Positions 26,954-38,745 of a stretch of 64,000 nucleotides of DNA are shown here, piece by piece; position 1 is the stretch's first letter, and every line of letters begins with the position of its first letter. Position numbers and translations under genes: made by a program. The notes below the pieces were generated by a model, which saw only the letters and a program-made list of their open reading frames with translations, did not search any database and was not told the origin of the DNA. Source of the DNA: Carcharhinus amblyrhynchos (lineage: Eukaryota); assembly GCA_965287045.1 (NCBI GenBank), contig OZ336897.1, positions 20,956,001 to 21,020,000 of the forward strand. Reading direction: 5' to 3'.

Positions 26954-28348
26954 CACAAACAGGAGTAGGCTATTTAAACCCTCCAGTTTGTTGCAACATT
27001 CAATGCAATCATAATTGACGTGTAATAATTCCAGATAGCCACCTTTTCCCATATCTGTTAACACCTTTAGATAACAAAAATCTATCAATCTCAGATTCAG
27101 AATTTGTAATTACATAGCATTAAGTACTGTTTGCAGAAGTTTTGAAATGGTCCCTGCACTCAGCATTTAGAAGCAGTTTCTAGCTTCATTCATAGAATAT
27201 CTGTCTCTAATGTTTAAGACTATGCCCAAGACTTCAAAATATAGTTCCAGATACAGTTTTTCTCCAACTACCATTTCCCAAGTAACTTGAAAACTTCAAA
27301 TCACCCTTTGAGTTTCTAAATTCCAACAAAGAAAACCTTAGTTTATGTAATGTAAATGCATCGGAAGCAGTTCAGAGAAGATTCATTAGATGAACATCTG
27401 AAACAAGCAGTTTATTTTATGAAGAGAGGCGACGCTTCTATCTGATAGAGCTTAGAAGAGTAAGAAGTGACTTGATTGAAACATAAAAGATCCTGAGGAG
27501 TTTTGAAAAGGTGGATGGAGGCAGGATTTTTGCTTTTTGTGGGAAAATCTGGAACTAGAAGTCATGGCTTAAAATTTAAAGTCGCCTATTTAAGACAGAG
27601 ATAAGGAAAATATTTCTCAGAGGGTTGAGTTTCTTGGCTTAGGAAGCAAAGTTGAGCAAGTCTTGGAACATCTTTTCTGAAAAAAGATAAATTAGCGATA
27701 AGCAAGAGCTGAAAGGTTATTGGGGGTAGGCAAGAATGTGAAGTTGTGGCTAAAATTAGGTCAGCCATGATCTTATTGAGTGGCAGAGCAGGCTTGAGGG
27801 GCCAAGTGGCCTACTTCTGCTCCAAATTCGTATGTAATCTCTCACTGCAATTTAACCCTTAGAATCTAGGTATATTTCTGGTAAGCCAACACTGCATCAC
27901 TCCAAGGATAATATATTCTTCCTGAAGTGTGGTGCCCAAAACTGTCAAAGTGCAGTCAAACTGGGGCTTGGTATATCTGAAGCATGATTTCAACCCTCTT
28001 GCGTTCTCATACTCCAGATAGAAAAGTCAGTATTCTGTTTTCCTTTTTGATTTTCTGCAGTATTCATATAGGATTTTAATGGTCTCTTTCCTGAACCTCA
28101 TTCTTTCATCCCTCCCTCACCCACATCTCTCTGAACCATTCAGAAAATATTCTATCTGTTTCAGATTCAAAGTGGACAATTTCAGGGGTATACAATTTTG
28201 CCCATTCATTTAAAAATTGAGCACGTGGATGGATTGTTTCAATCCACACTAGTTACATTGCCGGTTATCATTGACAAATTTGGATATGTTGCTTTCTATC
28301 CTATCATCTAAGCAGCTAACAAAATACAGCAAACAGTTGAGGCCTCAA
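26954..28348 (-). mobile_element. Antisense CR1 3' fragment with 9-bp TSD
   Basis: Begins with a reversed CR1 tail (caggagtaggctattt); flanked by ACACAAGAA at 26945-26953 and 28349-28357. Confidence 0.75.
27352..27830 (+). mobile_element. CR1 3' fragment with 8-bp TSD
   Basis: gcagttcagagaagattc...ggcagagcaggcttgaggggccaagtggcctacttctgctcc; flanked by TATGTAAT at 27344-27351 and 27831-27838. Confidence 0.8.
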
Positions 28349-30679
28349 ACACAAGAATGTGACAGACGGAGTACAAGGGGAAGTGTGAATTCTTCCACTT
28401 CGGGTGGGAAAAAAAAAATCAGAAGTAGAATAAGTAAATGCTGGTCACTTAGAGGGACCTGGGTGTCATTGTACACAGTAAGTTAACATGCGACTACAGA
28501 AAATAATCAGGAAAACAAAAGGTTACATTATATCATAGTCCCAATTCCTAATAAAGTGCAAGATTGAAGAAGCCATACTGCAATTGTCGAAGGCGTTGAT
28601 GAGACCTGCTTTGGAGTACTGTGCACAGATTTGGTCTCCTTACCAAAGGAGGGTACAATTGCCTTGAAGGTTCACTGGACTAAATTCTGGGACAAGAGGA
28701 CTGTCCTATGATGATAAATTGAGCACAATGGGCCTATAGTCTCACAACAATTTGGACGAATGTTGTGAGACTATACATTAAAAATGAAATTCTAAATGGG
28801 CTTGACAGAGTAGCATGGGAACACGTTACTCCTGACAGAGAAGTCTCAGAACAAGGGTAGGCCATTTAGGGTCGACATGAGGAGAAATTCTTCACTCAAA
28901 AGGCTATGGATCACTGAGCATCCATAATCCTCTGGAGAAGAGAATTTTTTTCATTTGAGTATATGAGACAAAAAGAAAACATATTTTTGGATACAAAAAT
29001 AGAGATCACAAAGAAAAGTGAGAGAAATATAAGATCAGCTATGATCTTACTGAAGCAGGCTTCAAAAGCTGTCTGGCCTTCTTCTGCTCCTATTTCTGAC
29101 TTTGTTTTGTTTTTAAACTTTCAACACCAGATTAGGTATTTTCGCCCCCACCTCCAGATGGCAAATGTAAATGCCAATTTTCTACTTTATTTTTAAAACT
29201 TCCCCAAAATCAAAAAGGACAAAATATTTTCTTCAATTGAAAACTTTGAAATGAACATGAAAAACGGTAGCATCAAAGTGGTACTAACATTTTCACCACA
29301 TGCACAAATCAAAAATGGATTTCACCATTATAAAACACATTCAAGTACTTTATGTAACTGAATGTCTGATATTTAACAGTCTTACTGGCTTGAGGTTGCA
29401 AGTCATTTATTTCATAATACTTAATAACCAAACAACATACACAAGAATTTCCAAAGAAAACTTAAAACATCCCCTTGTCCCAAAGCAGCTCATCAGGTAC
29501 TTAATCTGTTGAAATTACCATGTCAGAATTACCAATGATTAAATTAGCTGCCAGCAGCTTTTTTTTTATTCGCCCCAAATTGTTAAAAATAAGTTCGTGA
29601 AACACTTTTAATGAAGTCAAATTTCAAAACTGGATGCTTCCTAGATAAATTTAGGTTACAGCTTATTTTACCTGACTCAACCTTTGCCAATCACATTAGG
29701 GTTCTGAAACAGAGTGGGATGAATTTAAGCAGAGATTCCATTTTCATATCTGTGATCTCCATTCTGAAATAGGTGCCAAAAAACACATTTGTCCAGACAG
29801 TAAGTATGATAGGAAATATTATCACTACAGAAGCATATACGCTTCTCACTTTATTGCAATTCTCCAGGATTGCTTTAATTGACAAACAGCTGAAGGAAAC
29901 AAGATTCAAACCACAGCTATTTGCCTGTAGTATTGTAGAACTTTCCTGATCATTTGATTTAACTTAAATGATTCAAATAATCTGAAGACAAGCCTCATCT
30001 TTAAAACAAAAACCCATCTTCCTCAAGCTTGATAATTAACACCTTATTAATAGACATCTCACACGCATGTCAATTAATTTAACAAACATTTGCTGAGAAC
30101 TGGGCAGAATGGAGTTGCTCCTCCCAGTTACTCTTCCCATTCTACTTATTACTGTCCTGGAATACCATGTTCACATTAGAGCATGAGGTTTTCATCGTGA
30201 AATTTTCTCACAGAACTTAAGCGAAGAATTCAATATTGTTTTTATGACAGAGTGCATTACCAACATAACGGTACTTCAGTTTATCCAAAGCTCATCTGCT
30301 ATACCACATAATCCCACTCATTTAATCAACACTAACTGGCAGACTGTCAATGCCAGACATTTAAAATCCTTGTCATCCAGTTTAAACACCTTTATTGCAT
30401 CACCCCTCTTTTTGCTGCAACATCAACCAGCCTACAAATCACCCTCCCTCACTCTGCACCAGCTACAATTTACCAATTCTCCAGCCCTGGACTTTGGTTT
30501 TCATTCATTCTTGGATGTGAGTTTTGTTGACAGGGTTGGCATTTATTGTCCATCCCCAATTTCCCTCATGCACACAGTTCTCTTCATCCCACCATCAACA
30601 ACTATGCATTTAGCCTGGGCCGATACTCTCAAATTTCTTCTTCAAACACCTCTGTCACTCCACATATCTGCTTGACCGA

Positions 30680-31700
30680 TTGGGAAATTGCCCAGCCATG
30701 TTAGGTCTACAAAAAGCAGGCCAAATTACTGCCCCATCAGCGAACTTTCAATTATCAGCACAGTGATGGAAGGGGCCATCAACAGCACTAACTCAGCAAT
30801 AACTCAGGTTGAATTCTGTCAGTGCTACTTGGCTTCAGACTAAATTCTCCTTTGGTACAATCATGGACGAAAGGTTGGAACACACAAAAGAAGATGGATT
30901 TGACTGCCCTTGACATCAAGACATTTAACCAACTATCATTTCAAGTAGGTCCAACAAAAGTGAAGTCATTGGAACTGGAAAAAAATCTCCACAGGCTGGA
31001 GTCACCCTTAGTACAAAGGAAGATGGCTAAGATTCTTGCACATCAACTTTCAATGGTAGGGCTTCACTGTAAAAAGTTCCTCACAGCAGTGTCCTGGGCC
31101 CCACATCTTCAGATGTTTCATCAATGACCTTTTCGCATCCATAAGGTGGAGGGGGTGCCCTACCATTCACTTGGTTTAACTGGCACCCAATCTACCACCA
31201 ACGGGCACTACAGCTGGAAATGTAGAGCATTTACAAGATGAACCTGATAAACTTGCCACATTCCTCCCAAACTGGAGGACCCCACTAGCGAAACGGACAA
31301 GGACAACAGATAGATGGAAAATGTATCAGGCCCAAGCTGGCTGGGTGCATTGGCCATGCTAAATTCTCCCTCAGTGTACCCAAATGGGTGTCAGATTGTC
31401 GTGACTAGGAGATTTTCACAGTAACTTCATTGCAGTGTTAACGTAAGCCTACTTGTGACACAACTAAGTTAACTTCAAACCAAACACTCCAAGTCTCATG
31501 CCATGCTGGCGAGGAAAACCTATCAATTTTCCTTTATTGTTACTAGGTTAAAATCTTGGAACTCACTAAACACCACTGTGGGGATACTATCACCACACAA
31601 ACTGTAACAATTCAAAAGGGCAGTTCAATATCAAATCTTCTCAAGAACAATTAAGAGTGATGAATAAATAGATGCATGCAATGTTCACATCTTACTAACG
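30680..31700 (+). mobile_element. Degraded CR1/L2-clade LINE of a second family, interrupted by a SINE
   Basis: aattactgccccatcagc (NYRPIS-like), TALDIK motif in ORF 30822..31127; 3' part homologous to 54100-54330. Confidence 0.65.
31343..31476 (+). mobile_element. 3' half of alternative-tail V-SINE
   Basis: ttggccatgctaaattctccctc...aacttcattgcagtgttaacgtaagcctacttgtgaca. Confidence 0.8.
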
Positions 31701-31804
31701 TACAAATCATCCACCCATTCCCCCTACAAGTTACCTCTGACAAAAAACCCCTTCTACCAACTGTTCCTTTGACTTGGTGACTTATCTGCCATATTACATT
31801 TTGA

Positions 31805-32545
31805 TGAGTAGGCCATTCAATCCCTTAGATCATGGCTGATCTTGATCTTAACAAATTCGATTTACACACCTTGGTTCCACATCTCTTCATTCTCATACCT
31901 AACAGAAATGATCAATCTCAGCTTTGAAACTGTCCTCAACGACTATTATGAGGAAAGAGAATTATAGATTTCCATTTACCTTTTAAGTGAGGGCACGTTT
32001 CTTTCTTCCACCCAGAATAGGAAATAGTTTTGACTCCATCAAGTCTTTTAACCTCAAACATCTTAATTAGATAACCCTTAATCTTTCACATTTGAGGTAA
32101 TACATCCCAGTTCATTTATGCAACCCTATAGTTCTCTCTGCACTAGTTTTTAGCAATTCCTATGTAAAAACTCAAACTCTATTATCAGCAATTTGTAGCT
32201 TCTCACCATTTAGAAAATACTCAATTATTGGATGACTTCCCACTTCTCACACTGAACTCCACCCACTACAGTTTTTCCTAATCTATTGATCATTACCCGA
32301 AAGCATCTGCAGTACTCATTATGTCATTAGTGTCATCAGCTGAGTCACCAATAAATATTGTGAAAAGCAGAGAACCCAGTACAAATCTCTTGGAAGTTAC
32401 CATTATTTACATGCACCATTTGGAAACATAATCATTCACCCTACTGTTATCTTCCTCTTAACTAGTGCCAAAAAAAGATTGATTGCCCAAATTGCGCACA
32501 CTTCTCATTTTCACCATCTGTTCCATCACATCTAATGAAATACCT
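31805..32545 (-). mobile_element. Degraded CR1 LINE
   Basis: Reversed tail gagtaggccattcaatccctt...gatcatggctgatct and reversed RT motif gtgtcatcagc (ADDT). Confidence 0.6.
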
Positions 32546-32836
32546 TATGATTTTTTTTTTAAAAATGGGAATGCAAGTTGTAGTTAGAGTCAATCTACTG
32601 AACATAGGAGCCATCAGTCGGAATTTGGGGAATTCCCTTGCCTAAAATCCCACTGAATTAATTTATGTACCATTATTAAATGAGCAGACTAATCTCTTTG
32701 GTATATTTATATAGAGGTCAATGCCCTCGACATCTCACCCCCAAAAATGCAGCAGCAACACGAATCGTAACTAGCTTCTGACATTCTGTAGGACATGTAC
32801 AGGAACAATTAAGTGATTGACTCAACTTATCCTTAC

Positions 32837-32976
32837 CAAGCGATCATGTGTATGCAGACTGCTATAGCTGCTAGATTGAGAGACATGAGAGGAAGTGCTT
32901 CCCAACATTCCTCCATAACTTGGCTGGTGCATTCCATTTGATGAATTCCAAAGATCAGAAGAATTGTGATTTCCGT
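32837..32976 (-). CDS. TCF12: TCF12/HEB coding exon (equivalent of exon 10), 140 bp
   Basis: Acceptor tattAG, donor GTaagg. Translates (D)[46 protein letters not shown]; visible inside ORF 32822..33028. Confidence 0.97.
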
Positions 32977-33318
32977 CTAATAGAAGAGAAGGATATTTAA
33001 TTAATGAAATTGAACTGAGGAAATTCAAACAATTCCATTGAATATCTAATCCTATTCTTCACAGCTAAGAAAACACAAGTCACTGCATGCAATCAAGGCC
33101 TTCAAGGTCCATGAGCAACATAATAAATCTCAGCAGACCATGGGCAATCTTTGCAAAGTAACAAATTCATTACAAATAGTTATGAAACACTGCAGTTTTG
33201 TTTTAATAAAACTGAATCCTCCAAATTTCACTAAGTTTTAATTTATTTGGAAACAAACTCTGCAGATCACACAGAAGTAACAAGCAACATAGATCATATC
33301 CACCACATATTAGTGTTA

Positions 33319-33498
<180 letters not shown>

Positions 33499-33557
33499 CT
33501 ACAGAAAGGAAGAAAAATCAAAATAAATCAGTAAAATACTGCTTTTAGGTTTAAAAT

Positions 33558-33660
33558 CATCAAATCCCTGTAGTGCAGGAGGCCATTCAGCTCATCAAGC
33601 CTCCATTAACAATCTCACCCAGACCCTACCCCTGCAATCCCAGCTGGCGCACTATGCCAT
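33558..33660 (-). mobile_element. Internally deleted HE1-like SINE
   Basis: Reversed tail aatccctgtagtgcaggaggccattcag followed within 100 bp by reversed head gcgcactatgcca. Confidence 0.55.
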
Positions 33661-36600
33661 CCAAAATATTTACAGGTCTCTGCTTCAAATACAAGCAGTT
33701 GAAGATCAGAACAAAAGTCAAAACAGATGATAAAATGTTTCATTTATATAATTAGAGCAAATGTAAAAGATCAACTATAAAAAGTGATCATGTATTTTGC
33801 AAGTTTTGGTGGCCTACGGTTCAATTAAACATTAATTGCAAGTTTTGAATGTTTTTTTCATTTGTATCAGATTTAGCAAATGAACAAATTTCAGATAAAG
33901 GAAATTCTTGTACTCATGATACACAGGCAATGCAATGCATAATACTACTTAAAAACATTTCGGCATAATTTACCCAAAAGTAATCCATGCCTTGACCCTG
34001 CCACGATCTCATGTTTAATATCAAGCAATCTTCCAAAAATTCCTATTTATAATGGCAGGGGATTGCTTCAAAATAAAGCCAGGTAAAACATTCTCAGCTG
34101 GCTAGTAGCCAACTATCAGGTCAAGTTTATAAAGATTGGGGAAATAGGGAACCCACCCTTCCCTATCAAATCCAAACTGCAAGCTACAACATAAGCAGAT
34201 CTAGAGCAGAGCAGAAATAAATGAAATCAGTGTAACAGCACAACTCAGAGTTAGAAAAGATCTTTTTATCGTGTGTCACTTCAAATACATTGGCTTAAAA
34301 CACGTTTAGTGGCTTCTGTCTTTGTAGCACAAACAAACAGCATATGCCCAGGCTGTTGGTTAATCCATCACTGTCAACTAAAAACTGAAGAATAAAGGCA
34401 ACTTCACTGAGAAGATGTAGTTTGATCAATAGGAGAAAGCATTGGGTGTATATGTTACAAAATTTGAAATGTCAGCAGCAATGCATATATATTTTACATC
34501 AGAGATCACCAACAGGAGTGCTCTTGCATTTCCCCTCAGTTCAAATTTTACTTCAATGCCATATTTACAAACTAAAATCATAAACAAACAACTCATACAT
34601 GGCTGAAACCAGTTTTATACATTTCAAGTAATCTTGGCTCTAAATAACAGCATGAATATTTTGTGAGTAGCGTCTGTTTTTTTTCTACTTTCTTGCCTGT
34701 CCAAAATATGCATACCTCTCAGCTTTTACAAACAGAAATAACTGCTCAGTTATGAAACACACTAGTGCCAGCCTTGATTTTGGGATCAAAGGCTTTGTGC
34801 ACCAAACCATATTGATGTGGTCTCAATAATTTCATTAACTCCAGATGGAGAGTCAATAGTCAGCCAATGCCACAGAAAAAGCAAGTTTCTCAGAGTTACA
34901 ATCAGAACAGTCCACAAATTAGAAACAGATTCTTCATGTCATCTGATCTCCTGCACCAATTCCTGTTTTTAACAGGCTACTCTTGATGTTCATTTCACTA
35001 TCACTAAATAGAGAGCTTGAAACTATAAAGGCAAGCTGTTTTGTATATATGGTTATTTAAAGTTACAGATAAGTACTCCTCTGACAGCTCAGTGAATTTA
35101 TCCAGGGAATAGTTAATTCATCAAGATCCGAAAAGCCCAAGTTTAATGCTCAAACTGCATTGAATTGGATGAAATCAGCTGGGGAATTTAGTCAATACAA
35201 CAATGGATCCAAACTGGGGTCCACAGAGTCTTTGAGGGGTCTGCCAAATAATATGAAATGCAAGTTAAAAGGGAGGGAACTGATTGCAGTAACACATTTG
35301 TAGCACAGAGTGAAGTGCTCGTTTCACCTAGGACAACAGCAAGGGTAGACTTCACCTCTATATTCCTTCAAAAGGATTATAGCTATCATATTGGAAGCAA
35401 AGGCCGAATCACTAACCAGCTACTGATGGCAGCAGCCAAGCTCACAAAGCTCGGCTGTGATGACTCCTTCAGTTGTGTAGCCTGCTGACTCTATTGATCA
35501 AGATTCACACATGAAGGGTCACAAAGATACCAGATGACAACGAGTGCCTGTCAAAATACTTGAACAAAAATTCAGCCACTTCGCTGAAGGAAAAAAATTG
35601 GCAAGAAATTTGCAGATAACAAAATTCGACTAAATTACAGCTCAATAAATGATCCTTCCAGAAGTAATTATTCAAATATCCATGTGGAAACAAAATTGAG
35701 CAAAATTTTAATTCCTGAAACGTTTTTGTAACACAAATCTTTAATTCATGGGTTTACAAACTAGAACAGATTGAACAAATGAGCTTGTCATTCTTTGAAT
35801 AAGTACAATTTTCAACAGTATAGATCAAACCAGTATTGCACCTGATCCATCCATTCCCTTGCTGCTTTGATGTGCTGGTAGAAATGGACATAACCTTCAT
35901 GATGAAACATCAATAAAGCATATTGTAGACAACACGTCTGTCTGGCAAGAAGCAGAGCTCAATAGAATCTGAGAGCAGTCCACAGGAGTTACAGCAAAAA
36001 GCCAATAAAACTCATCTCCACTGACACACATGCTAACATCCCCACACCCTCCCCTAACAGTTTCTGAAAGGAAAGTGAGATTAATCCAAAAACAGAAGTG
36101 ACCTTCATTTATTGCTTACAACAAACTCTATAAGTCACAGAATAACTCTGAACTAAAGCAGCAATAGTACGCCTTCATTGTTTTAGTGAAAAGATTAAAT
36201 TTGAGCATTCATATATTTCATATCAAAAGTGTATTAATTTCAGTATAGATGAGTGTTCTTTAACTGAGAAATACCTTCATGAACAGCTGTAGTCAATGGA
36301 AATATTGACTCAGATCTGATGCAAGTTTCTGCTACAAGTAACCATCAAGTAATGAAAACCCAACTTACGTTAAAAATAAATCAGAAAGGCCAATTATTAT
36401 TTGAATCTAGTAGAAGCATCAGCTTTGCACTGCACTCATCTCGACAGCGTATGTTGAAATATGCACTTAATTATAAAATATTCCCCAAGCAAAATGGTCA
36501 CGCTTTAATAAAAGCTTTAAATACCAAACCAGAAATTACTAAAATCCCATGGTGAGAAAGCTTCACTTAATATCAATGCATGGATATTAAAATCCCACAA

Positions 36601-37294
36601 CTGGTCCCTTACAAATTTTAAGCTGAATGGGTGGAGCAGGGTGTTGGAAGAATGAAAGAGAAAAATGTTATTAATAAAACAATTTATCATAGGATTTGGG
36701 AGGACAATACCTGAATTCTGTCTCTACAATTTTTGACATAGAATGAAAATATGTCATTAAGACCTTTATTTCCCAAAATTTGACTATTTAACTTGGAAAA
36801 AGAAAAATCAGGAAGAATAAATGCCCAAATTTTAAGTCAAGAAATGGATCAAAGCACAGAGGAAGAGGAAAATAAGCAAATGTTTCATTTTGTGCACCTG
36901 CTGCTTGTTGATCTGGAAAACAGCATGGATCACAGAAGCCCAAGATCAGTCTCTACAAGTATCCATAAAGATAACGCTAAACTATTTAAAACAACAAGGA
37001 CAGAGCAAAGGTTGTGCTATTAACTTCACTTTGGCTATTTCCTGTTTTAGTATATTAGTCTTCATGTGTTTTTTTTGAAATGGATAGGACTTGTCTTTAC
37101 CACTACTAAGTATGAAAACAACAAACTTCAGTGCCTCTTGTGTGCCACATTTATGCAGTCAGAACAATTTATCCTTACATAGCTTTTCAAACACAAAAAC
37201 ATCACAAGATGCTTTACAAGAGCACTGAACAAAATTTGGTATCATGTCACAAACAAATATCAAGGAAGTTGACTCAAAGAGGAACCATGGTTCT

Positions 37295-37675
37295 GTTCAC
37301 TTTTGGGTCTGAAGGGTTGAAGTCTCATTCCAGGACTTGGGCACAGAAATCAAGACCGACACTCCAGTGCAATACTGAGGTCCTGCGCTGCGGGTGATAT
37401 CATCTTTCAGATAGGATGTTAAACCAAGGCTCCATCACTCCCCTCTCAAGTCAATGTAAATGTACCATGGCACTATTGTATAGGGGGAGTTATTGATCCC
37501 TTAATATAACACCACAAAAACAAATTACTGTCATTTATCACATTGCTACTTGTTGAAACTTCCTGTGCAAAAAAAATTTACGGTGCATCTGACATACACT
37601 TAAATTATTTCACTGGCTATAAAGTGCTTTGAGCCAGAGGCTGTGAAAAGGTGCCGTATACACACATCTTTGTTT
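37295..37675 (+). mobile_element. Deu-domain SINE (SacSINE1-like)
   Basis: gacactccagtgcaatactgagg...tcagataggatgttaaaccaaggc...ccatggcactatt...gtcatttatcacattgct...ggctataaagtgcttt resembles the recalled Deu-domain consensus. Confidence 0.7.
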
Positions 37676-38074
37676 TTCATTGTGAAGGAATGAAGGGGTG
37701 TCGAGAGGCAGAGCAGTTTACAGAGCAAATTCCACAACTTAGGGCTTGGCAGCTGAAGGCACAGCTACCATTGGTGAGGAAATGAAAACTAAAAGATGCA
37801 CACAAGTCCAGACTGAAATGTGCCAACTGCAATTAAAGCCAAAGTAGAAAATGATCCAGACAAATGTACGATTTTTCTGGAGTGGAAACTTGACAAACAC
37901 ATGGAAGGTTGAGAAATAAATAATTTCCTTATTAGCATTAGAATTTATAATGTTCCAAGTATATGTCAAAATAATGTAAAGGAGGTGTGATTGGAAGTGT
38001 GCTCCTTTTGTTTTAAGAGTTTTGTAATGAAGCATAAAGCAGAGCTGTGTATACTTGATACTTCATTGAAAATT

Positions 38075-38620
38075 ACGAATAGGAATAGATCATTCAGCTC
38101 CTTAATCCTTATCTTTCAATAAGATCATGGGTGATCTGTATCCGAACTCCATCCTCCTCCCACTTGGCCTTCATATTCCTTAATATCCCTAGCTAGCAAA
38201 AATCTTAACCTCAGATTCAATTAGCATCCACTGCTTTTTGTGGGAGGGAGCTTTATTCTTCTACCACTCTTGGCATGTAGAAGTACATCCAAATTTTTCT
38301 CCGGAACAGCCTGGCTCTGATTTCCTGCCCCTTGTCAGAGCCTAACATACCAGCAAATGAAAATTCTCTATCATATTGATTCCTTTCAAAACCCTAAGAA
38401 AATCTTCAGCCCTCTGTATCTCAGGAAAAAAAATATAAGTTTATGTAATCTCATACTTCAACCCTTGGAGCCCTGGCAACGTTCAGGTGAATCCACATTG
38501 CACCCCGCTTCTGGACAATTAAGTTTAAAAAGAGAGACATATTTATATTGTGCATTGACAGTTGGATTAAAACATGTCCAATGTGAATCAAAGTTGTCAA
38601 TGTGAATAAATTATAATATA
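38075..38620 (-). mobile_element. Degraded CR1 3' fragment
   Basis: Reversed tail aataggaatagatcattcagctcc...tcaataagatcatgggtgatctg, homologous to 48460-48540. Confidence 0.7.
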
Positions 38621-38629
38621 CCTTAAGCA

Positions 38630-38745
38630 AAAGCAAAATACTGAAGAGTCTGAAATAAAAACAAAGTGCTGGAAATACTCAGCAGGATCTGTGGAGAGAT
38701 AAAGAGAGTTAACATTTCAGATCAAAGGTCTTTCTTCAAAACAGA
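38630..38745 (-). mobile_element. Penelope-like terminal fragment with degenerate hammerhead core
   Basis: Plus strand tgctggaaatactcagcagg...tgtggagaga...gagttaacatttcag; minus strand TTGAAGA-AAGACCTTTGATCT-GAAAT-GTTAAC. Confidence 0.55.

Larger units (their letters stand above)
23540..29100 (+). mobile_element. Old CR1 LINE (endonuclease region to 3' tail), interrupted by four later insertions
   Basis: ORF 23591..23863 gives decayed APE endonuclease (DFNYHI...QDNFLEH...EPTRKQFYLDPILCD). The element resumes at about 25800, 26764 and 28349 and ends at ggccttcttctgctcctatttct (about 29097). Confidence 0.75.
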
